Below the pieces are notes generated by a model. That model searched no databases and was not told where the DNA came from. It saw nothing but the letters and a program-made list of their open reading frames with translations. From the NCBI GenBank assembly GCA_051362555.1, contig CM120646.1, forward strand, positions 5,890,001 through 5,954,000: 64,000 nt of DNA. The letters are read 5' to 3'. A program made the translations under genes and the position numbers. Source of the stretch: Lingula anatina. Taxonomy: Eukaryota > Animalia > Brachiopoda. The number at the start of each line of letters is the position of its first letter. Positions within the stretch are counted from its first letter, which is position 1. Shown piece after piece: positions 27,788 to 39,327 of the stretch.

Positions 27788-27819
<32 letters not shown>

Positions 27820-27948
27820 CCAATCTTTGTAGAATTAAGCTGTTCATGTAAATACATGTACATATGCGGGAGATGTCCCACTTATTTTAGATTCTGTGAT
27901 TGCAATTTTTTTGCAGAAAGGTCTACAAGTTCATTGCAAACGTGGAGA

Positions 27949-30730
27949 ATGTCATATTACGTGCTGGTATTAACGTTAACGCTGGTGTGCCTTTCTTCTC
28001 AGACACAAGGCGAAATATGTAAGTATACTTTCAGGTCTATACGTCCAGCATTATAGATGCCCTCAGAGAAGCATTTCATCAGCTGTGTTATGTTATAAGA
28101 TTAAAATAATTTTTTTTTCCAATCAACAGCTTAATACTGAAATAAATTACCTCCAATATTTCGATGTCAAACAGAGCATCTTCATCAAGGAAGGAGGCTT
28201 TCTATGTGAAGTCATCCATATCACGAGGACTGCAGCCAATCTCAGCAGAAATGATGGTGCCATTCTCCCTGACCTATACTTGCCTTTCCTTATTCAATAG
28301 GTGGGCGGGAGGGGGGGGGGGAGGGGGGGGGGCAAGTATATCTCCTGAATGGAGGTTATTCAAAAAACATGATGTATACGCAATGTCGTGTAAAGCTGGA
28401 ACTCTACAGAACTCAATAAGCAGAAAACAAGCAACAAAATATTCCAGTACAAATTATGTCAATATGTCTTCGTCTTCCATTATTTCTGACCCGACCGCTT
28501 GATTTTACGATTATTGCAAGACTCTGGTCATTTTTTTTAAAGATTAAAATAGAAACCATCCCTTCTGAAAATTAGTTTGAACTTAAACGTTGCAGTTTGC
28601 GACCTTGATTAGACGCACTGAAACTTAGGGATAAGGATGATACAAATTAAAAAAATTAACAATGGTAAAGAAAATGGAGCATATTGTCGTAAATCCTATT
28701 TAATATCAAGGAATTAATACTCTGTTTCCGAAACCTGAGAGTGTCAAAGAATTGCGCAATAAAATTGTCTCAGATGTCAAACCTTTTATCATGTATGTCA
28801 AATAAGTCATTCCTAAATCAAAAAGTTTAATCTTTAACGCAGAGTCAATACCTTCGGGATGGTTGAACAGCGATATGGTCCATCTGAACATATCACTAAC
28901 TTATTACAGATAACGCGACAGGGTTGACACCTTTAAAAGAATTAGGAAGGGAACCAATCATTACAATGGATTTTATGACTGATAACTATTATATGACTTA
29001 AAGGGATAACAACTCTTCATTTTGGCGGGAAAAGTGCCATGAAATGGATTTCCTGGAGTAAACGACAATTTTCCCATATCTTTCAATGGTTCAAAAATCT
29101 GTTTCGAAATTCAAAAATAGTTGATTGTTTTTTTAAGTGTGGTTTTTTGTAATAATCTCTTAAAATAGATTAGTGCTGAGGGTAGCTCTTTACATAAGGT
29201 ACACGTGGTCTGATGGCATGCGCTGAGCACAGATTCCAAAATAATTATGATAACCGCCGTTTTTGGTGGCAAAGTGGAATTTATTATATTTACGTGTAGC
29301 TTGTAATATATTTATTATGGAATTTTTAAAAACTCATGTGAAAATTGTTGTCCTTTTCATATTAAATGACTGAGACATATTGGCTGACGTAGTTGCAGTC
29401 TTTTAATGGCAAGATTTTGCGATGGCTTTTGAGAACAATACTGAAATTGAAAACACAAATAACATGTAATCTGGAGATTGGATACAGGGTTGTTAAAGTA
29501 CAAGAAGCATTAATAAATCCTCGGTCTCTTTGAACAAGCAAGCAAAACAAATATACAAATTTCATAAATCAATAAACGGATTGTGTAAAGAATAATAGTA
29601 AAATATTTGTTTGATAACGAAGAGGGTTGAAACTTTTTTGGAATCCTGGACATCACGAAAAATTAAGTTTTTGATAAAACACATGATTCATCATGATGCG
29701 ATTAATTCAGTGACGGTTTAAGGGGAGAGGGGGGTCAGGGGGGTCATGATCCCCACTTTGGTTCCTGAAAAAAATTACATTAATATTCCCCTCTTAAAGT
29801 TATAATTTGGCTAGCTAAAGTACAGTACCAAACCGTCCCAAATTGCACCGTTTGTCCACCAAAACACCCGTGACAAGGAACCGAGAATCGGCTTTGCATC
29901 CGAGGCCTGCCATTCCTAAAAAGAAAAAAAAATTGAACCACTTCAAATATTCCTGGGTCCGTCCCTGGAATTGTATGCATAGACATAAGTACATGTACTA
30001 TTTCACTATTTATCAGTCACTTATTGAGCACATTTTGCTTCGAAATGATTTTGTTTAAAACCTGCTTACCTTGATAAGAAACAAAATGAAACATCACATT
30101 ACTCCCAGAAGACAAATTGATGTTTTTTATTATCTGATGAAAACAGATGTACAACGAGGAATAAACGATTTCCGTCTACTTCCAGACTACGCCGATAGTG
30201 CATATGACTGTTCCTCCGACCAAAAGTACGTGTTTACCTACTCATCAACAACTTTAGAAGCTTGGTCCAGTGGCATACGATCAAAAACCAACTCCTCTTG
30301 TGTCATCCATTTCTACACAGGGGTTTCCAGTGACGTCGTCAAAGTCATAAGTAACTTTATGGACATACCATGTTCTTCGGAAGCGTACTTGACTTTCTAC
30401 GATGGTCCATCAACAAATTCGAGGCTGGTGCGTTCTTCCTTTTTTGCTAAATGCTTTATAAGGACTTACGAACATTTTTCTAGCGGTTTCTGTTGTGGGT
30501 CTTGTACGAAAGATCGTTCAACAAAGCCGCTCTTTTTTTCATATTAAGATGGAATATTTGGTGATAGATATCTGTTGTACATGTAAGATATACCATTACA
30601 GTCTCCAGCATTTTAATAACTATTTAACTTTCTTTACATGTATTTTTGAATGTCAGTTTATATTTGAAGCGTGTTGTGATGGTGCCGGAATAGAATCATT
30701 AAAGAGACATTACATGTTTTAATGCAAAAT

Positions 30731-30802
<72 letters not shown>

Positions 30803-31773
30803 AGCGAGCGTCATGTATTAATCAAGTTTTTATGTTTCTTTGCTTTGAAAGAGGGCATGATTATCAGAATTGGTTGTGATTTGCCAATTGTTTCATCATA
30901 TTTTAGCTAAAGCACTACTCCTGTTCAGTGTCCCCAATCAAACCCTTCCAAACAACCTCTGAATATTTAACAATCAGACTTGGCCGCGCCGGAAAAACCA
31001 ATTTTGACTTTAGTTTGGATCTTTATGAAGTTTATGGTGGCGTGAGTAAGTACAAATTATTTCTGATATACAAGTAGTACTAGAAATCAAGAAATGGTAA
31101 GGGGATTAAGGGTAAAAATAGATATATTAAGGCCTATATTTATCGTGTGGAATTAGCATATTATGACAGGCAAAATCGAAGTTTTTTGTTGTTTTTTTTA
31201 TTTCTCTTCAATATATTTGTAGAAAATTCTGTTTTATTTCGTTCGTAACGGGCCCACAGTTCATGTTATGTTTTCTAAAAGAAATGTTAACATTTAGAAT
31301 CTGAATGGTCAAAGATCTCAACATAGATCTACGTTTTGGAATTCATTTTGAATTAAATCTTAAAAGACCTTTTGTGCAACGTTAAAGCTGTCAAGGCGTA
31401 TTAGATTTGTTCTCATAATCATTTGTTACATTTCAGAATATGTGGATGAAACTGTATATATTGCAGTTGGTGTCGGTTGTGGATTTTTCTTTTTGGTGAT
31501 GTTGGTGAGTCTGAGAGTGTTCTTGATCTATAGACGTCGCTCCGCAGCAAGACGAGGCCAGCTGGTAGTCACCGGGGTTCCAGTGAATTGTGATGTCCCG
31601 CAAGGTAGGTGAATGGTAAAACAACAGCTCCTTTTGACACTTCTAAATTGACATCATTGAAAAAAAGGACAGTAAGAGCGATTATCGTATGATCATCTTG
31701 TTTCTTTTCCCATGCTAACCGCATCCACTTCATTTCAAATATCCATGTTTGCCTCCAGAGAATAGGATATTTT

Positions 31774-31821
<48 letters not shown>

Positions 31822-32169
31822 GGGTGGGGTAATTTCGTTCATTTAGTTTCACATTTACTCTGGTAGTGCCAGGAATTCGTTTGGTGGTGGGGGGGAGAGA
31901 TAAAAACATTAATAAAAAAGGTGAAATTTTTGGGAAGGAAAGTAATGAGAATGGAACACCTCAGGAGGTGAGAGAGTGACATGTGGCCGTTCTGCCCTTC
32001 CCCGGATCCGCATTGTTTATAACATCTTAACTGATCTAATCCCATATTTTCTTGTTGTCTCTCAGGTTATGGCTCAATAACCAACAACTACATCGCCCAG
32101 CCTCCGCCATATGCTTCAGTGGTGCCCCCTACAGTAGAGACTCCGAAAGAGGCATTCGGGCCAAAGTAG
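27949..32169 (+). CDS. CUB-like domain type-I membrane protein C, 240 aa. Exons 27949-28018, 30186-30427, 30907-31045, 31437-31604, 32066-32169
   Basis: Signal MSYYVLVLTLTLVCLSSQTQG; YDCSS..SCVIHF..VKVI..IPC..FYDG..YSC..SEYLTIRL..DFSL; TM VYIAVGVGCGFFFLVMLVSLRVFLIY; tail QPPPYASV; 723 nt in frame. Confidence 0.85.
28998..29365. mobile_element. Family-2 TTAA MITE copy
   Basis: Starts TTAAAGGGATAACAACTC; colinear with 41235-41549; decayed right end TTGTTGTCCTTT. Confidence 0.65.
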
Positions 32170-32181
32170 GACACACAAGAC

Positions 32182-32341
32182 TTAGAGCGCACCAGAACAG
32201 CGGACTTACAGATCCGCGGATCAAATATGGGCGACACATTGACAGCTTGATGCTGATCAGAAATTAAGCGGCGAGCTTTTTAGTGGGTCGCCATATTTGA
32301 TCCGCGGATCGGTTAGTCTACTGTTCGGAATGCACTCTTAG
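32182..32341. mobile_element. Fold-back (palindromic) element in the 3' UTR of gene C
   Basis: Arms AGAGCGCAC..GAACAG..GAC..GATCCGCGGATCAAATATGG and CCATATTTGATCCGCGGATC..GTC..CTGTTC..TGCACTCT. Confidence 0.7.
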
Positions 32342-32605
32342 GTACAATGGCCCATTGACCGATATCCAGACGGCAGTTTGTTTTCCTTTGGATCCAGTGG
32401 TCTTTTTATGTGCGGAATATTACTTAATAGAGGTTGAATACCATTTCAAAGAGTATTTTTAAAGAGTAATCAACTTATTTATTTTTGGATCTGATAAGTT
32501 AAATATGGTGTTTATATATTAAATGAATACGCATATGGAATGAGATCGGGTATACTTTGTAGACCATCGGATTCTCTGTATGTTTCATACTAGAGGACGA
32601 TAACT

Positions 32606-32657
<52 letters not shown>

Positions 32658-32814
32658 GTAAATACAGCATGATACAAATTCAAACAATTGTTGATCACCG
32701 CAAAATGATAGGTAAAATAAACACATTAAGATAAAATGCATATTTGTTTTCTTTTAAAGGATCTAAATTAAAAAAAAACAAACATTTTCTGTCAAGAGAT
32801 TTGTTGCCCCCCCC

Positions 32815-32848
<34 letters not shown>

Positions 32849-33313
32849 GTGGTGATTAAACAGTGACCAGGCATGTGGCTCACTCCCCGACTTCCTCTAT
32901 TTGCTGGTGGTGTTGGAGAAATCTGGCCACTTTAATTGATTCATGACGTCAAACAAATCTCTGCAAACACTTTACCCGGAAGATTTTGTCCAATTTTCAT
33001 GTGTAACGTCGGTCTTGCCAACAAGAAACAGTTCAGCTGTTTTTCTTCATTTTGTTCATCTTGTCGTATCATTGCCTACAACATTGGTCAGAAAGGTTGT
33101 CCCACCCCCATTTCCATGTACTTTTATTTACAAATGACCACCTCACAGTTGTAAATTGTTAGAAAAAGTGCTTTTTATTACAGATACCGTGTCTAACATG
33201 ATTAATTTTTAAAGTAATACAAAATAGTGGTGAAAATATATACATTTTATACCATTTATTTTAATATGTTATGTTATTTATGTTAACATACGCTGTTCTG
33301 TGCTTTTCTGGAT

Positions 33314-33367
33314 TTGAGGGGGTACCTGTTATAAATGTTAAAACATTTATAACAGGTACCCCCTCAA
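33314..33367. repeat. Perfect 26-bp inverted repeat with a 2-nt spacer
   Basis: TTGAGGGGGTACCTGTTATAAATGTT-AA-AACATTTATAACAGGTACCCCCTCAA. Confidence 0.95.
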
Positions 33368-33401
33368 TGGGGGAGGGTCAAATCCACCGTGTGAGCGAGT
33401 T

Positions 33402-33566
33402 TTAAGTATGGATTTAAGTACAGAATAGCATTTAAGTTTTTCCATGAGTTGATTGTTAAGTATGGATTTAAGTACAGAATAGCATTAAAGTTTTTCCATG
33501 AGTTGATTGTTAAGTATGAATTTAAGTACAGAATAGATTAAAGTTTTTCCATGAGTTGATTGTTAA
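33402..33566. repeat. Tandem repeat, 3 units of about 54 bp
   Basis: Unit TTAAGTATGGATTTAAGTACAGAATAGCATT(T/A)AAGTTTTTCCATGAGTTGATTG. Confidence 0.92.
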
Positions 33567-34280
33567 TTTTTTTCTACTTACTAAGCCAATTTGAAATTGA
33601 AAATAAATTCTCAAACTAGAATTTGTCGAGCCTGTTAACCTGGAAGTAGCGTTCACCATTTCCTAGCCGATTAAAGTACTTAAAAGTAATTTTAAGGCGC
33701 TCATTCACATGGCATATTTAAATATAAGGCAAAAAGAAAAAGCTTTTCAAAATTGATGATGGTGAGAGAAATTAGCTATTGCTTTTCTCCCGCCATGGTT
33801 CATTTTACAACATGTATTCGACTTAAATACAGCGGGTCATGTGCCGGGGATCACGTGGGTCGGCTGTAATCTCCAAGACGTTACTCTTCCCTTGGTTTAA
33901 ATATAAACTAATGGAGGCTTATCTAGGCACATGACCGGGGTATCTTGCAGGGTCACCAGCAAACAAACATGCGGTTGTTGTTCTACCATTTAGTAAACTA
34001 TTCGTATGTGGACCCATTATAACATAGACCTGCCTCACTTATCACACGTTAAAGCTCTGAGGGATCGCATACCTGTATCATAATTCGCATAAATTAAAGC
34101 ACGGGTGAAAACTCATGTGCATGACATTAGTACATATGCGTTTTGAGACCCGCATGCATTTTACCATCCGACGTTGTTACTTATATATGGACAACCCGAG
34201 CTGCTTTTGGTTAATTATTTCTTCTGCACGTATCTTAAAGTGCAACGCGACTTTAGAACGCTAGCAGCGCTTGGGGCATC

Positions 34281-34810
34281 ATGGCGGGGGATGGTGGTAA
34301 AACGCATTTAATTAATGAGGATCACAGTGATCACAGTGACAGTGATGAGGATAAGTTCGGAAGCAGTGTGAATGTCTCAGCTGAAGATAATCTCCCAGCC
34401 AAATATGTCTACCCAGGTCAGCCTGTAAGCGGTGTATTTCCGCCAGTTCCCTCTGATGCCACAACGACCGCGGGGCCGGATCAACATTTCACCCCCGTCT
34501 ACTACAAGAGGCGATGGTATATTGTTTTTGTTTATTGTGTGTTTTCGTTAATTCAGTCAGTGATCTGGAATACATGGGGCCCCATTACTGTAAGCGCCGA
34601 ATATGTCTTTGGCTGGGAGGATTGGACTATAGACTTACTGTCTAACTGGGGACCGATCTCGTACTTGTTGACGTCGTTAGGGTTCACGTGGATCATGGAT
34701 GAGAAAGGTAAACTAAGGTGAAAGTGAAAAAAGCGGTGGAAAAAACAAGTGCACATGTATACCCATGTGTCTTATGTTTGCATTCTTAATCTTTTTGTTC
34801 TTCCATATGT

Positions 34811-34843
<33 letters not shown>

Positions 34844-35850
34844 GTTTCTCTTTCTTCTGTTGTTTCATTATTTATGTTAATTTTAGCGTTGGTTTGTAGT
34901 AATGTCACTTTCAGTCCCGATTGCCTGGGATCGTCAAAATGACTCGATCACAGTCTGTTAATATTATATAAACTAATCTTGTATGTAACCCAATCCCATT
35001 CCATATCTTATAAACGAATATCCTGTCTACGCTATCTAGACAATCATTAAACAATTTTTCTTGCATAGTTGGAAAGGAAACATATAATGAAAAACGGAAT
35101 CTAATTAATGTTAGGTCGTGTTTTATTTAGGACTACGTTGGGCTTGTCTTGCCTCTGCTTTTGCCGTAGCAGTGGGCGCCGCCTTGCGGTGTATAACAAT
35201 GGAACCAAAGTCAGCAACATGGTCAGTGACCTTTTTTTATTTTTCCTTAATTATTTGATGAAAACATAGCTATCAAATGTTTATAGTGTGTCGCAATAAT
35301 TTATGAATTTAAAAAAGGAAGAGACAGAATACGCGAGGACTAATGGGCTTTGTTTAGCAGACGACAGAAGGCTGGGGAGACAATGCGTTGTCACACCTCG
35401 TACATGAAACAACTAACACAATTACCTGAGCACATATATTTCATTATTTTAGCATGCACTCCAGTTTTGTTTATAAATTATTGTGAAAGTACTTATTTAA
35501 TGAAATAGAAACACAAAAGTATGCGTAAAAGATGCGTAATCTGTGGAAAAGGGGGAGATAATAAAATGGGCTTGAAAATCGAATATAGGCCTAGATAATT
35601 TTAATTATTGTCTTGGCAGAGGCGTGAGCTCTCTGCGTGCTCTTCTGGGGTCAGAAAACATATTATAATTATTTCTGATTAATTCCCATGCTCTTGCAAA
35701 TTTTTTATTGAAAGCATTTTAGTGTTTATTATTCAGTTTTTGATTATCTTAGCCTTGTCACTTTTCAATATATAGTTTTAGATTGTTTATAGTTTTATGT
35801 ATGTATACGGTATGTACTCACCACTCTGAGGTGGTAAATAAATAAACAAA

Positions 35851-35895
<45 letters not shown>

Positions 35896-38800
35896 CAGGT
35901 TCATTCACTCTGGCCAGTTCTTGAACGGCATGGGGTCCACGGTGGGCAGCATGGCCGGACCCCTGATTTCCAACACATGGTTCCCCTTGTCTCAGCGCAC
36001 CACTGTGACTACCATTACTTCAATGTTCACTGTACTCGGTGCCGCCGCGGGATTCCTAATAGGTACGTGACTGGCGACAAACAGATTGTTTTGCTTTGAA
36101 ATTCAAATACCGTGGTCGTTGTAATAGTGTGCTTCTCTTTTGGTTAGGGCATCGTAAGCTCATTCCTTTAACATTTAAACAATTCGATTCGACAGGAAAA
36201 AGTTGAAAATACTATTTTTATTTATCATTTATTTTTTATATTTTCAGACAGAATTCTTCTTAAATGTCGAAATGTCGGCATTTCTGGTGTCGAAATTGTC
36301 ATAAAATATAATTTAAGATGTACCTCTGGCACCAACATCTTATCAAAACAATATGCGGTGTCGGTACTAAAATGTGCCATTAATATTCTAGGTCCATTTA
36401 TCGTCCGAGACCCTAAATCTAATACCAGTTCTAACGCCACTGTGAACCAGACATGGTCAGTATGCTTTATGGGTAATATCGTGCCAGTCAGATTGTTAGG
36501 AATTGAAATAGCTGATATTCTGCCTGAAATGCATTAAATTTTGTTATTTTTGTGTATATGCATGAAGCTGTTTCTGTACAATTAACTTAGTTAAATTACA
36601 ATTCACAATTAAAATCTCCCACCCAAGAAGTTGAGATCGCTTCAAGATTGACAAAATCCACGATAAACAGAAAACCGGTGTAACGTTAACGAAACTGAGG
36701 GTCCAAATATGTAAGGTTAGCCTGACCTAGTTGGGTCAATCTCTAGGGCGAGGCTTACCTGTACAAATGAATTATCTCTATCGTGGGGGAATCTCTGTCA
36801 CGTTACACCGGGCTGATCGCGTGTATCGAGGATATCAAACTGATTTTTAAATGCATTGTATAACGTTACCTTTTTACTGCTCACAAATCACTCCCACTAT
36901 GTCTCTACATGTTTTCATTGCAGTAATTTAACGAGAGAAGAGGTGGCGGAAGACATACACAAGCTAATGTATATAGGTAACGGGTTGATTCATTTCATTC
37001 TGATTTCACACTGAGGAAGTCCTTTAAACGTGGAAATGTGTGTGCGTGTGCACGCTCGCGCACGAGTGTGAGGGTCCACGGGATCTCGTACATATTAGCA
37101 AAAACATAAATAAAATATAAGGAGTGAAATGAAAAAAATACTAATACCGGAGCGACCATCGCTCAAATTTTAAGATTTAAATTCTAAGCTCAGATGAACA
37201 GCCCTAGAGGGCGATATGTAAATGCGGTCTCTCGGGTGGAATCTCTCCCGTGTATAATTCCGCCTTTAACTCGCATTCACATTGTCGGGGACATTTAATA
37301 ATTCATAGACAATGTCAGTAATATTAAGTAATAACTTTAATTGTAAACGGTAATTCTCTATAATACATTATGTCAATTCTGAAGAGGCTGAGTAAGGCTT
37401 GTTTACCAGTCTCATTAAGAAGCCAGTGATAAGGAAGTGCATGAAGCCATTGGCTGGAGTACATACTAAAGGGTGTAATAGTGAATAGAGAGGCAGAATG
37501 TACCTGAGCAGGCAACGAGTTCACATTAAAAGTTTGAAACAGGTTATTATTGTCAGAGTAGGATTTCCTTCTCACAGGGGTGGAGAAGTTCTTAAGGGTG
37601 TTCCCCACAACATGTTGTCTCCAGAGGACGAGTAGACAACAAAGTCATCGTAACAAAGAGACCTTTTTTCCCTGTGCAGTTACACTACTTGGTCGTCTTT
37701 TAGAACAGAATGTGAATAGAGCATGGCCAAACAGGCATCTAATTATTCACATTGTCCATGTTTCAGAGGCTGGGATCGCAGTGGCAGTATTCTTAGCCAT
37801 AATTGTATACTTTCCCGCCAAACCACCCACGCCTCCCAGCGTGACCGCTGCTGAAACCAGAACAAGTTACTTCTCTGGACTGCTGGCGTTAGTCAAGTAT
37901 GATTCCCTTCTTTCTTTGATGTCATGCAAATGCAATATAAGACTACCAAGAATACCCATAATCACTCGAGTACAATAGGCCTTTGTTAATTTGTTAGTAT
38001 TAAAAAGAACGTTATTATTATGCTCTAGTCGCTAGTCTCTTCGTGTAAGAAGTCATATTTTCAATATTTTCTACTACGTGCTATACAATTTTAATGACTT
38101 GAAATTGGGTAACTGTACCTAAGTTGTATAACGTAAGTTGGTTGTGGTACAATGCAGGTCCTTAAGTTCGACAAATAATATATAGATGGGCAAACAAATG
38201 ATTAAATAAGTTGAAAAATAAATGAATGAACACAAATAAGTGCACCAATAAACTGACAAACAAATATTTAAATAAAAAAATCCTGGCAGCGTTGATGGGA
38301 GCATTATCAATTTAACTTCTGTGTTTACCAGAATGTGAATGGGATTCTCGCCTTTTAACTACTCTTCTGTAGTGCTCTTCACGTAAACATGTCTAATGTA
38401 AAACTCCAGAATACGGCCCCAGATCCTTAACGAGAGGCAGTGCCATACTGTCGGATTTAGGGTGTCATGAGTCACTATTTTACTTTCCCTCCGTTAAACT
38501 CCCAGTGGAAGAAATCAGTACGTAAGTCGCGATTGATTCAAAGACGCATGTACACGCGCGTATGAAAAAGGTCCGCGTGTGTTCGTATCATACAGTATTC
38601 AACAAGATTTGAACCTACTACAAAACCAATGAAGCTTGTTGATAATTCATTTCGGTCTTTCTATCTTTCGCTGCGACGTATCTTGACAGTGAAAACAGGG
38701 GAATGCGAGATCAAAGCTTTCTCCATTTATTAGATTGTCTTTTTATTGGTCTATTCAGTTGTATTCATTCATTTATATATCAGTTTATTTTTTCATTTAA

Positions 38801-39284
38801 ATACTCCTCTATAAGTTATTTGTAAAAAAAATAATTGATAACATAGTACGAACCATCCTCTCAAATTATACAGCTGAAATACAGTTACACATTGTGAAGT
38901 CATAAAAAATGTAAAACACGTAGCAGACAATGATTAAAATATGGCTTCTTGCACGTAGAGGCTAGCGGGTGCAAAACAGTAATGTACTTTTAAATTTTAA
39001 CAAATGAAAATGTCGGGTGGCTAAAACACTACTTATTTTAAAGTCCAATTACTTCAACAGTTTTGAAGATACTGTTATGAAATTTGAGATGTTTAAGGAA
39101 AGTGATGTTTCATATTTACTTTGCCATCTATTAAAAATCCCAGTTGAAGAAATCAGTGCGTGCGTGTAAGTCGTGATTAATTCAAAGATACATACGCTAA
39201 CGAAAAATAGTCCGCAGTGCGTGTGTTCGCACGATATTTTGCTTTGAACTTGCTACAGAATCAATAAAACTATTTTGGATCATT

Positions 39285-39327
<43 letters not shown>

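Noticed and set aside
33402-33566. CRISPR-like appearance of the short repeats
   Set aside because: The units are head-to-tail with no unique spacers, there are no cas genes, and the DNA is eukaryotic.
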